This document shows positions 52,431 through 63,220 of a DNA stretch of 64,000 nucleotides, one piece after another (position 1 is the stretch's first letter; the number at the start of each line of letters is the position of its first letter). The translations under genes and the position numbers were made by a program. This DNA is from Podospora anserina (lineage: Eukaryota): NCBI GenBank assembly GCA_017654855.1, contig CM030338.1, positions 2,728,001 through 2,792,000 on the forward strand. The letters run 5' to 3'. The notes under the pieces were generated by a model. It saw only the letters and a program-made list of their open reading frames with translations, was not told where the DNA came from and searched no databases.

Positions 52431-53970
52431 GGGGGGAGTGGCGTGATGTCGCGGTGGTGGTGGTGGTGAACTATGGAGGGAGTTGAACAACAACAGGGAC
52501 GAAAGAGACGACGATGAAGAGGAACAACTACAACAACAACATCAACAACACAAACAAAACACAAAGCAAGTAAGGGGAGAAAAAGGCAACAAGACGTAAT
52601 GGTGATGGTGGTGTGGTGGTGATGGTGGGTGGAGGAGGTGATTTTTTTGTCAATTCGGCATTCAGAGACAAGTTCAAAAATACATATATCATCTTTTTCT
52701 TTTCTTTTGCGCTTTTTGGGGGATGTTTGATAGTTGAGGTGTATCTTGTGTGAAGTTGCGGAATGGGGGAGGATGATGATGGTGAGGGAGTGGGGGTAAT
52801 TCTACTGGGTGTGGTGGTGGTGTAAAGTAGATAGATATTATTGTCGAGTTGGAATGGGATATATGGGTTTACAAGCTTGACGAGTAGTGGTTGTGATGTG
52901 TTATCATCAGCTTCTATTTGGTATATGCGAGGCCGTTATAGATGTGCTGTATGCACGGCGCAACCGAGCCGGGCCAAGGTGGGAACTAGTTTCCTGAAGT
53001 TTACGAATGGAAACTGGCCGTTGGATGATGACCTGCCTTGCTTTTTGGTTGGCGGTGCTTTTGGCTAACGGTCGCGAACCTTGCAGTAGCTTGGGGCTGA
53101 AGAGTGGGATGAGGGGATGGGGATGGGGAAGATCGAGATGGGATTAGTTTCTATTGGGTTCTACGGGGACAGAAGAAACAGCAGAAGAAGAAGAATTCTG
53201 TCGATGGTGTGCAGGTGATCACGACCCGAGTTGGGATATCCGGTATCTTTCACATGTATGACTGTCCCTCTGCAGCAGCAAACGACCGAGCCCCGTCCGT
53301 GTTAGAGTGTGTAGGCAAACCACTTTACGGGAGTGGGCTGGTCAGTGGTGTCATAGATCGCACAGTATATATATATATGTACTGCATGAATAGTAATTCT
53401 CGTGTGCAGGACCACACTACCACTTCGGTGTCCTCCCACTCCCCGCGTGTCCGTTGCGTCCGGTTCTCCGTATGGGGGATTGGTTCGTTTGTGAAATACG
53501 AACTTTTTTTTTTAATGATCTGCCTGCGCACAAGTGTGAAGAAAGGGTTTGTGGGGGTGGGTGCCGTGCGTTCAGGGGTCTTGAAGGAGGGACAGTGTGA
53601 GTTTGGGGAGGAGCTAACTGTGCTTGGGGCCTCGAGAAGTGCATAGGCCAATCAGACGCGGCGCGCAAAGAAGTGTGGGTTCAGCCTTGCAGGGCTGGCT
53701 GGGTGAGAGAGGATGAGATAATGGGATTTTTTTTTTTGGTTTTTCTTTGTTTTTTTTTTTGGAGGGGTTGCGGATTTGCGATTACAACGAAAATTGAAGG
53801 GAAGATTTGCGACGACGACGACGACGACGGAAAAGGTGAGCTTGGGAAGGGAAAAAATCGTGGCGTTTTTTACTTTGGGAAGAAGGCTCCTCCACGCCGC
53901 TGGTGGGAGAGGTGGTACCTCGCAGGCTGGTTCTTCTTTCTTCTTTAGCAGCAGAGGGTTGTACTCGACC

Positions 53971-55650
53971 ATGGCGACGGCTCCGACAATAGATGCCCCA
54001 GCGGCGGCGACGGTGAAGAAGTTGCACGGGAGGGAGTTCTACGAGAGTATCGGGTCGCCAAAGTATATCCTCGCGCCAATGGTTGATCAGTCCGAATTTG
54101 TACGCCCTCCCTTCTCTGTTCATGACTGATTTTTGGCTGACGTGATGGTTTTTTGCTTCCAGGCCTGGCGTATGCTCTCCCGCTCATTCATGCCCCCCGA
54201 GCTGCAGTCAAAACTCCTCGCCTACACCCCCATGTTCCACGCCCGATTGTTCTCCCAAGACGCTCCGAAACCGCCCTACAACAAATACCGCGACTCGCAC
54301 TTCCAGTGCGTCCTCCCCAAAGACCCTGCCACCCTCTGGCTCGACGGCAACCCCCTTGTCGGCGACAGGCCGCTGTTTGTACAATTCTGCGCCAACGACC
54401 CCCAGCACTTGCTGGCTGCTGCCTTAAAAGTCGCCCCCTACTGCGACGCGGTAGACCTCAACCTCGGCTGCCCGCAAGGTATCGCCAAAAAGGGGCACTA
54501 CGGCAGTTTCTTGCAGGAGGATCAGGAGTTGATTTATAGGTTGATCAACACCCTTCACGAGAATCTTCCCATCCCAGTAACGGCCAAGATTAGGATTTTG
54601 GAAACAAAGGAGAAGACGCTGGAGTACGCAAAGAATGTGTTGAGTGCCGGGGCGAGTATATTGACTGTTCACGGGAGGAGGAGGGAGCAGAAGAGCCATT
54701 TGACGGGGGTGGCGGATTGGGAGTATATTCGGTATTTGAGGGATAACCTACCGGCGGAGACGGTCATTTTTGCGAACGGGAATGTTCTGGAGCACGGGGA
54801 TATCGAGGAGTGTATTGCTGCTACGGGGGCGGATGGGGTTATGTCTGCTGAGGGGAACTTGTCTAACCCGGCGATTTTTGCGCCTGAGCCTCAGCCGGGG
54901 GCGTTTGAGGATGAGTTCTGGAGGGGGAGGGATGGGAAGGGGGGATGGAGGGTTGATGCTGTTTTTAGACGGTATCTGGATATTTTACACAAGTATGTGA
55001 AGGGGGGTGAGCCACCGGCGAGGAGGCCATTGTTTGTACCTGGGAAGGGGATGGATACGGAGTGGATGACGGAGGAGATTGTGATCCCGCCGAAAAAGGG
55101 GTCGAAATCAGAGGCATTCGGTAACCCCAACTATGGTGCCCTTCAGGCGCACATGTTCCACCTCTTACGGCACTTTGTCTCAAAGCACCATGATGTAAGA
55201 GATGCATTGGCTAGGGCGAGGTTAGGAGAGTTGGAGCAGTTTGAGGGGATATACAAGATGGTTGAGAAGAAGGTTGCGGAGGGACTCATCGAGTACGAGG
55301 AGACGGATGGGAAGTCGATGGAGGATCCTGCGGAGGAAGAGAGGTTAAAGAAGCTGGTGGAGGAGATGGGTCCGGCGGAGACGAGCGCGACGGCGATTTT
55401 GAGGTGTAAGAGGCCTTGGTGGTGTGTGCAGCCTATCATTCGGCCGTTGCCCAAGGAGGCGATGGCTAGAGGTGCGATTCAGCCGGGGAAGAAGGATAAG
55501 AAGCGGGTAGCGGAGGAGGAGGCCAACGGCGGTGAGAAGAGGGTGAAGGGCGATGAGACAAATGGGGGGGATGCTAAGGTGGTAGAGGCCGTGAAAGAGG
55601 AGCTGGAGAAGCAGACGGAGTTCCAAACGAGCGAGCTTGTTAGCGGCTGA
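53971..55650 (+). CDS. dus1: tRNA-dihydrouridine(16/17) synthase, 2 exons
   Basis: ILAPMVDQSEF|AWR, DRPLFVQFCAND, VDLNLGCPQ, TAKIR, TVHGR, ANGN, GVMSAEG; intron 54100-54162. Confidence 0.95.
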
Positions 55651-55713
55651 AATCTCGAGGGAATATAGATGAATAAATGATCATTACTGCAAACTGGGCT
55701 GGGTGTGGGTTCT

Positions 55714-57726
55714 CTACCTGATGGTGACCATCTCATAGTTCTCCAGCGGCTTTCTGGCTTCAAACGCAATTCCATCCATGAACTCATCCACATAAGCAGG
55801 GGCCAATTACCTTGTAACTTCCATCACCCTCCCCTGAATCCCTCGTAACGACAGGAGTTGAACCCCCAAAGAAAACAAAAATCTTGTCCCCTTTTTCCGA
55901 TGTCATGGGCGCAATCCCCGCCGATACACCATCACGTCCCGGTACGGTAGCAGTAACCAAACAAGCGCCCTTCCAGGCCTCGGCCATGGAGGTCAAAAAT
56001 ACATTGGCTGGACCATTGGCTAGACCATTGTCAGAAGTGCCCCTAGATGATGACCCAAGTGCGGTTAATAACTGAGAAAATTGTTGTCGGTGGTCGAGGT
56101 TTTCGCCGAGCCACTCGGGGTACAAGTACCTGCCCATCAAAGTGCGAATGCAATCGGCACGGCCGAGAGGAGGGGTTGCATTGTATCCAAAATGCGAGTG
56201 TGTCCGCTGTATCAAAGTACGAATGTCTTGGCGTGCTCTGGCAGGATCAATAGAAGTGAAAGAAGGCCCCTGGAATCCCAATCTCTCCATCATCCTGTGG
56301 TCTGCATCCAGCTGGGGCGCCAAGGCCTCGATATCGACGCTTGGGTAAACTTGCTTGATGGTGGCCATGTGTATTCCAGCGACTTGAATCGCAGTATCAT
56401 CATCGTTGAACAGTGGGTGTTCCGGCGTCAGCCCTGAGAAGCGTCTCCCCGCTTCGTGACGAGACCAAGTACGTGTCATGAAGGGAGGCAGGGTTAGATC
56501 GGGGACCCAGGATGGTAGATTTGTGTCACTTTGAGATTCTGACTGACTCTTGCTCAGCATCAACCCGTCCAGGAACGAGGATGAAAAGGTCAGGCCCATG
56601 ATGCTTGAGGAAGGCCTTGGCGAAGTCTTTGAATGCCGTGCAATGATGAAGTGTGGTGTCGATAGTAATTTGCGTCTGGATTTCCGGACTGACAAGCCTG
56701 AGTATTCCATACACTCTGTCCCTAGGCTCGGTGCAATCCCGTTGCCGAACAAGAGTGACTACCTCGAGATCGTAGCGACGAGAGTCATTCCGCTCCTGGC
56801 AGCGAACAAGAGTATCTGCCGTTTTTATTAGTCAACGGCTTAACCAGTTCCTTGAATGAAGAGCAGAAATCATACCAAAAGGCTTTAGGGCCCCATATCC
56901 AAGGCTTGCCCTTCTAGCCACACCTATGCTGCTTTGGCACTCTTCCGGACAGCGCAAGTACACGGTGGCTAGTTCATCCCAGCTTTTGATGGAACGACCG
57001 CAAACCAGCCGTGCACTCCTGGCCAAGAGAACCTCTTGTAGTGTCCATATGCGGGTAAACCACTGGCGTTGAAAGAGGGCTTCACAGTCTTTCAAGTGGC
57101 GGCTGTACATACCCAACACCACGAAACCCTGTGTTCTCATAGGCGGACACCGCGCTATCGCAAATGCGAACTCCCTCGTCTTCTCCAGGCTCTCTTCCAT
57201 CTTCGAGTCACCGTCACCGGCCCAGATGGTGACGAGTTCCGCCTCTCTATAGATGTCACCCTTCATTCCAATCTGGACACCTTTCCCGTCCTCGTCTTCC
57301 TGATTGATGCATATCTGATCGATCCAGATCCATTGAGGGTGCCGGATGGCATCCAAGTCTCTGAACACTTGAAGAGCCTTGTGAAGTTCTGGCCAAATGT
57401 CCAACTGGCGAGTCTTGTTTACTCGTATATTCTGTTTGGGCTCAGGTGGTCCCCAGCAGTATGGAAGGGCTTGGTAACTTGGGCACTTGCTGATCGGGAA
57501 TGTCTTTGGTTTGAGGGAGATCAGCTCACTGTTTTCCGCACTCTTGACCTTCTTACCCTCCCTGGCTCTCCACTTTCTTCCCTTATTACCCCCTCTTCCT
57601 CTTTTCGTTTTGGCTGCACCCTTCTCTCCTCCCGCTTTTCTTGTGTCTTTCTCCCTACGGCGTGGTAACAGTCTGAGAAGCCTGAACTCGGTGGGATGAA
57701 GGGGTTCGTAGAGAGAGGAGGACATG
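55714..57726 (-). pseudogene. HET-domain (HET-6-like) heterokaryon incompatibility gene with two frameshifts
   Basis: FRLLRL, YQALPYCWG, WIDQICINQED, WFTRIWTLQE, then an intron (about 56874-56817), CTEPRDRVYGIL, a frameshift before LPSWVPD, and a second frameshift in IGPC-T-YVDEFMDG near 55794. Confidence 0.85.
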
Positions 57727-58159
57727 GCCGTTGGGAAATGGTGATGTCCAGATGTCAAGAATTGGTGAAAAGACAATTCAAGAGGATTATAATGAATTTG
57801 GGCTGCGATGGATACTCAACTGCACTTATAATCGTCTCTCCCGACTTGAAAGTCAGACAAGGCTCTCATGCGCCAACCCAGCCTGCTTCCAACACGGCAG
57901 CTGTACTGCAGCGCCAAGGTCTTCATGTCGAACATAGCGCTTATAATCACCTCTCAGTGGTCATAGAGGCTACTTCCCGACAAAATTCGGAGGTGTGACG
58001 AGGCTCATGATTAGACGATGTTGTAGGATTGAACTGAGTGATTGGTGGTGTCTTGTTGTCGCAGGATGGCTGGCCAGATGTAAGCGAACAGTGTGTTATC
58101 AAGAGATCGTAAAAGGCAGAAAGAAGCGAGAGGGACTACTTGTGAGAGGGAAGGCACGG

Positions 58160-58448
58160 GTTGGTCAACAACCCACGGTCGTCATGTGATGCAGCCATTC
58201 CATCCAAAGCAAGAGAGGGAAGGGACAACCGCGTACCTTCCAACAGCTCCAATATCCTTACCAGGGCACCCTTGTGATCAGGTCCAAATGGTAAGGATGT
58301 TGGGGCTGTTAAAACTCGCCCCCCGCCGGGGGGCTTGCAACCGATAGCCCCCAGGTTCGATTCCAAAGCAAACCCCTCGAGAGGGGTTTCGTAACCGGCC
58401 ACCTCTCTCAGAACGCTGAGGGGGCTGACCGGTGAGCTTTTGCTTTTT
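58160..58448 (+). ncRNA. Dispersed structured Pol III-type/tRNA-derived element, copy 3
   Basis: 22-bp hairpin 58242-58263/58289-58310; consensus B-box GGTTCGATTCC 58354-58364; two 3' hairpins; T4GCT5 58438-58448. Confidence 0.6.
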
Positions 58449-58918
58449 CTACCTATATTATCTTAGGAAGATGATGGCTGTGCTTCATTTGTTCCCACTT
58501 AGTCAGTAGTACCTTTGCATATGTTGAATATATTTGGCGACTTTTCGGCCGGGGCTTTTTGTTGTTGACCATTATTGCTTGCTCTACTTCTCGTACCTAA
58601 CCAACCCATCGACCTTAGATTTCAGTTTATTAGTCTGGAATTAATAGGGTAGTTATCTGTGAGTGTTGATGATATTGAGGTTGCCATCGTTGCTGTCGTT
58701 CCATGCCAATTTCAGCATCTGTCAACTTGATGTTTTTTTTTAAAAAAAAAAAATCTTGCCTCTCCAGTCAAGTAACCATACTCTCTCTCTATTTCCCTCT
58801 CTTTCCTGAAGTCCCAGCTAGTGATCATACCTGATCTGTTCAGAGAAGCAGCAAAAAGGGGGGTGAACGCCAAGAGATCTCGATGGAGTCAAGTGGACAC
58901 CATTAAAAAGCACAAAAA

Positions 58919-59037
58919 ACATACAACACCAGGGATTCCCCAGTGGTCACCCACCTGAGTACTAGTCTGGCGATCAGCTGTTTGACTCGGGCAGAGCGGA
59001 CGGGATGCCGTATTTTCAGCTGTCTATGGTCGTATGT
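58919..59037 (-). rRNA. 5S: Dispersed 5S rRNA gene
   Basis: Minus strand ACATACGACCATAG...ATCCCGTCCGCTCT...GCCAGACTAGTA...GGTGACCA...GAATCCCTGGTGTTGTATGT followed by oligo-T; 119 nt. Confidence 0.97.
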
Positions 59038-59292
59038 GATGTTTTGGGAGCGAGAATTGGTTTATGACCTCCTTGCCTGATGGCGAGGGTTGAATGTTTC
59101 AAGAAACTCATGTTCTTGAGGCCCGAGTGAGCTCTACCGCAGGCGATATTGACGAAGTAATCCCATTGTACCTACAACCGAAATCATAAACTGACAGAAC
59201 TGTTCTTATAAACATGATTCCTATGATCTAGCAAACATAAAACTACCAAACAATTCCTTCCAAACGCCAAACACCCGTTAAACAACCCCTAT

Positions 59293-60384
59293 TCAAGCAA
59301 GCAAAAACAACACCGTCACCACCATCACCGGAACCCATCCCATAAACACCCCCGCCCCCCGCCCTCCCCCATTGCTCCAAAGCATAACCGGCCTCCCCAC
59401 CTCCGGCGACCCGTCAACACTACAAACCGAATGACACACACCCTGCCCCTGCTCCTGTCTCTTCTCCGGCTCAGTCGTGTTATACAAAATCTCAAACCAC
59501 TGCAACTGCAAATACGCCGACTCCCCCACCGTCATATTCCCCGTCCACTCCCCCCCATCGCTCCACGCATTCAAAATAATATTGCTCACATCCTTCGGCG
59601 TCTGAAACTCAATACTCGCCACCTGTATATCATTCACATACCACGTCGTGCTCCTCGGCGTCCAATCCAACCTGTGAACAGCCCAATCTGACCACTCCAG
59701 ACCATTGGGCATGGTGGCGTTTTTGCTGGCACGGACTTCAACATCCCCCTCACTGTCCAAAGAAGGCTGGTTGGTGCAATGAATCACGTTCTTGGGGTCG
59801 CTGGTGCGGATTTCCAGGTCGGATTCTTGTACTTGGTAGTAGTCCTCCGAGTGGCGGTACGTAAACATGGCTGTGATGGCACCACGAGCGCCAATCGTGC
59901 GGGCTAACATCCGGATGGAGACGAATTTGAATTTTGCCGAGAGGGATTCTATCTCTGCTGTGGTTTGGAACTTTTGGAGACGCTCGGTGCGGAGTGAGAG
60001 CCATGATTTGGGGGAGGAGTCAGCGTCGTGGTTTGCTTCGAGGTAGACGTTGTTTGGTGAGTTGACCATCAGCAATGTAGAGTCCTCGCGGATGCCATGG
60101 CTGTTGTTCCAGTTGCTTATCATCCAGAAATCCGTCCATTCGGTCGAGTTGAAGAAAGGGCTCGTGATAGGTGCGTCGGATGTGTCCTTGACCTCTGTGA
60201 TGACTGGGGGTACGCTTGCGTGGTGGTGGTGGTTTCGAAAGTCGAAAAAGCGATGTTCCTTGAAGTATGCTGTTTCATTGCCTTTCATGAGATAGCAACC
60301 GCATCTGGAATCCTCGGTGAGAGGTGCTTGTTGCGCATTGACTCCCACAGCACCGCCGAGAAGGAGGAGGCTTAGAATCTCCAT
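59293..60384 (-). CDS. Glycoside hydrolase family 16, secreted, probably GPI-anchored
   Basis: Signal peptide, ESDLE catalytic ExDxE motif, HRLDWTP, WSDGGEW and a hydrophobic C-terminus. Confidence 0.9.
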   Translation of the reverse strand: MEILSLLLLGGAVGVNAQQAPLTEDSRCGCYLMKGNETAYFKEHRFFDFRNHHHHASVPPVITEVKDTSDAPITSPFFNSTEWTDFWMISNWNNSHGIREDSTLLMVNSPNNVYLEANHDADSSPKSWLSLRTERLQKFQTTAEIESLSAKFKFVSIRMLARTIGARGAITAMFTYRHSEDYYQVQESDLEIRTSDPKNVIHCTNQPSLDSEGDVEVRASKNATMPNGLEWSDWAVHRLDWTPRSTTWYVNDIQVASIEFQTPKDVSNIILNAWSDGGEWTGNMTVGESAYLQLQWFEILYNTTEPEKRQEQGQGVCHSVCSVDGSPEVGRPVMLWSNGGGRGAGVFMGWVPVMVVTVLFLLA

Positions 60385-61692
60385 TGCGATGTCGCCCCAG
60401 TCCAGGGGTATTTTAGAATGACAAGCTTCGTGTAAAGCAATATGACGTGATATAAATGAAAATCAAGCCAGTACAGGGCACAGAAATGAACTAGGAGAAA
60501 AAAGATAAATAGGAGGATATGCACTCATGCATCAGCATTTGCAAAATAAGCTAGGAGAGGTGGCGTGAGAGAACTTCATATACAGCCAAGATCCCAGGCC
60601 GGTTTTCAAGTCGTCACGGACCGACGGGAACAGGCAGGGCCGTTTGACCAGCTTATAAGTTTGCCCAAGTAGACTTTTTGTAGTAAGATCAAACCACAAC
60701 CTTCTTCAATCTATTGGTCAATGCCTGGCTGGGTAAGTAGGATCCAGGCTTGAATAACACTCTGTCTAGACGGGTGGTATCAGGGGCACTTGCCCCGACG
60801 AATCAGCTTCAGTTTGAGCTGATCGAGGCAGCGAATGTGTGGTATAAGAGTGACCCAGGCCCCAGGATCAGCATTCTTCCATACAAGGCGTCCATAGTGG
60901 ATGTCACTGTTTATCCGGCTAAAGGGTAGCCAGGCCGAGATCCTAAAAATGGAGGAACGGGAAGAAAGAGAAACTTCGGGCATGATGCTGCGTAACGTGG
61001 GTTCGGTGCTGTAAAATGTTTTCCAATTTAGTAGGGAGAGAAGAGTGGGATTGCAATTATTCTGGAACGTGGCCTGAGGATGAGAATTGATGGTTGTCCA
61101 TGTTCCAGATTGTTGAAAATGTCATAAGCCTGGAGGAGTGTCGGGTCTCGTGTCCCTTCATGGAAATGACAACCGAGAGTGCTGTCGATGCGAGATATAC
61201 AGTGGGAGAAAAACTGTCTGAGCCATGAGAAAGCACACAAACTATCGAGCTTGAAGTGATGAATTGCTTAACTTGTCGTTGGGAGTTTGAAGAGGAAAGT
61301 GAAATAAGCTTTCGCGATCCCCACCTCGAGCTTGGCAAAAGAGCTTAGCTTGTGGTCCAATCAAAACACCGTCATTGGCTGATGCATTTAAGCAGGGCTT
61401 TTCTGACAACATGTATCATGCAATTATCCGCAGCCATACCTTACCCAATCGGCTACAGGAATTTGATCTGCGATTCTGGATCTCGCCTGTCTCCACCGAA
61501 ACCGAGAGATGCACTGGAAGCGCGATTGAAGGGTCTCGATTTTCCAACTCCAAGCTTATTCCCTTCATTTCGAACTCGCATTCTTCCCGGCTCTCCCTCA
61601 AGAAGGTTGAGACGATCGGCAAACAATCAACCAACTCTCTTGAACTCCGAACCCCAAAACGCCCTTCCAATTGACAGCACCACTACATCACC

Positions 61693-62700
61693 ATGTCGAC
61701 GCCAGCCGAGACCGAGTCTCCAGCGCCTCCAGTTGTGCCAGAGGAGCGCATCGAGAACGCAAACGCGACTCCCCAGCAAGAGACATCACCTGAAGCAGAC
61801 CTAAAAGAGGCGGACCAGACTCCCAAAGCTATTCCCCCAGCCGATGAAGCCAACAGCAACGAACCAAACCCCAATGAATCAACCAGCTCCCCCAAAGATG
61901 CTGAGGAGACAGTCACTTCCCCCAGAGAAGGCTCACCCTCCCCATCACAAAGCTCATCCGACGAAGAAGGCGAAGTCTCCGAATCAGAAGCCGACCACGA
62001 CCACCCACCACTCCCCAACGAGCCCCTCCCCGGCAACAACTGCCCCCCATTACCAAACGAGCCCCTGCCAGGAGCAGACAACAACAACTCCTCAGCCCTC
62101 CCCGCCGAACCCACACCAGCCCCCGAACCGGCAGACGACGGCTGGGAATACCACTGGAACCCAAACGACAACCAATACTGGTTCTATAACCGCTTCAGCA
62201 ATCACTGGCAGCTCGAAAACCCCCGCCAATCCACCACCATCCCTCAAACCGCCCCACCCACGGCACCAACACCCCCCCAAACGGACCCTACCTCCATCTC
62301 CAACCCAACCTCCATCGCAGGAGGCTACAACCCCGCCATTCACGGCTCATACGATGAAAACGCCTGGTATGCCGTCAACGCGAGGGCGCTGCAGCAACAA
62401 GCGGAGCAGAGTGTTATTCCCCCTGCACCGGCGGAGTATGCTGTGGGCGGTTACTTTAATAAACAGACGGGGCAGTGGCAGATGCCGGAGCAGGGGGCCG
62501 AGAGGCATTCGGATGAGCAGAAGAGCAGGAGGCAGCTGAATGCGTTTTTTGATGTGGATGCTGCGGCGAATATGCATGATGGGAGGAGCTTGAAGGCGGA
62601 GAGGGCGGGGAAGAAGCCGAGTAAGAAGGAGCTGAGGGAGTTCAAGGAGAAGAGGAGGGCGAGGAAGGAGGAGAAGAGGAGGGCTTGGTTGAGGGATTAG
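61693..62700 (+). CDS. WW-domain protein
   Basis: DGWEYHWNPNDNQYWFYNRFSNHWQLENP; conserved-looking GYNPAIHG, SRRQLNAFFDVD and a basic C-terminus. Confidence 0.85.
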   Translation: MSTPAETESPAPPVVPEERIENANATPQQETSPEADLKEADQTPKAIPPADEANSNEPNPNESTSSPKDAEETVTSPREGSPSPSQSSSDEEGEVSESEADHDHPPLPNEPLPGNNCPPLPNEPLPGADNNNSSALPAEPTPAPEPADDGWEYHWNPNDNQYWFYNRFSNHWQLENPRQSTTIPQTAPPTAPTPPQTDPTSISNPTSIAGGYNPAIHGSYDENAWYAVNARALQQQAEQSVIPPAPAEYAVGGYFNKQTGQWQMPEQGAERHSDEQKSRRQLNAFFDVDAAANMHDGRSLKAERAGKKPSKKELREFKEKRRARKEEKRRAWLRD

Positions 62701-63062
62701 ACTGGGGGTGGGCGTTTTTGCTTGGTGGGTTTTTGATTCTGGTTTGGGCATTTTGGTGGGTGTTGGCTGGTAAAATTGGCATAAAGGTTTGGTTCTTGTT
62801 TGTGAGGCAGGCAGAGAGGTCAAGGGCGTTGGGGAGAGGGGGGGGGTTTGTTTTTGGGATGTATGTAGTTCGGCCGGGGGAGGCTGGGCACGATGGAAAT
62901 GTATTCAGGGAATAGGGTTTTGTATGTACAAATGGAAGCGAGAAGTAATTGACAGCGTTGATCAATTTCGGGACGTTGTGTGTGGTGTATATGAAACGTC
63001 TTGTGTACAATGTATCATGTCCTGTATACACCCCACATTCTACATCCATATTTGGACCACAT

Positions 63063-63183
63063 CTACTCATCATCTTCTTCCTCGTCCTCATCATCCTCAT
63101 CATCAAGCGACATATCAATCTGCACGCTCCCCTCATCATCACTATCGCTATTCTCCTCTTCCACCTTTTTGGTGTCAACAGCC

Positions 63184-63220
<37 letters not shown>

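Noticed and set aside
58370..58436. Hammerhead-like CGAAAC plus stems on the antisense strand
   Set aside because: There is no CUGANGA core.
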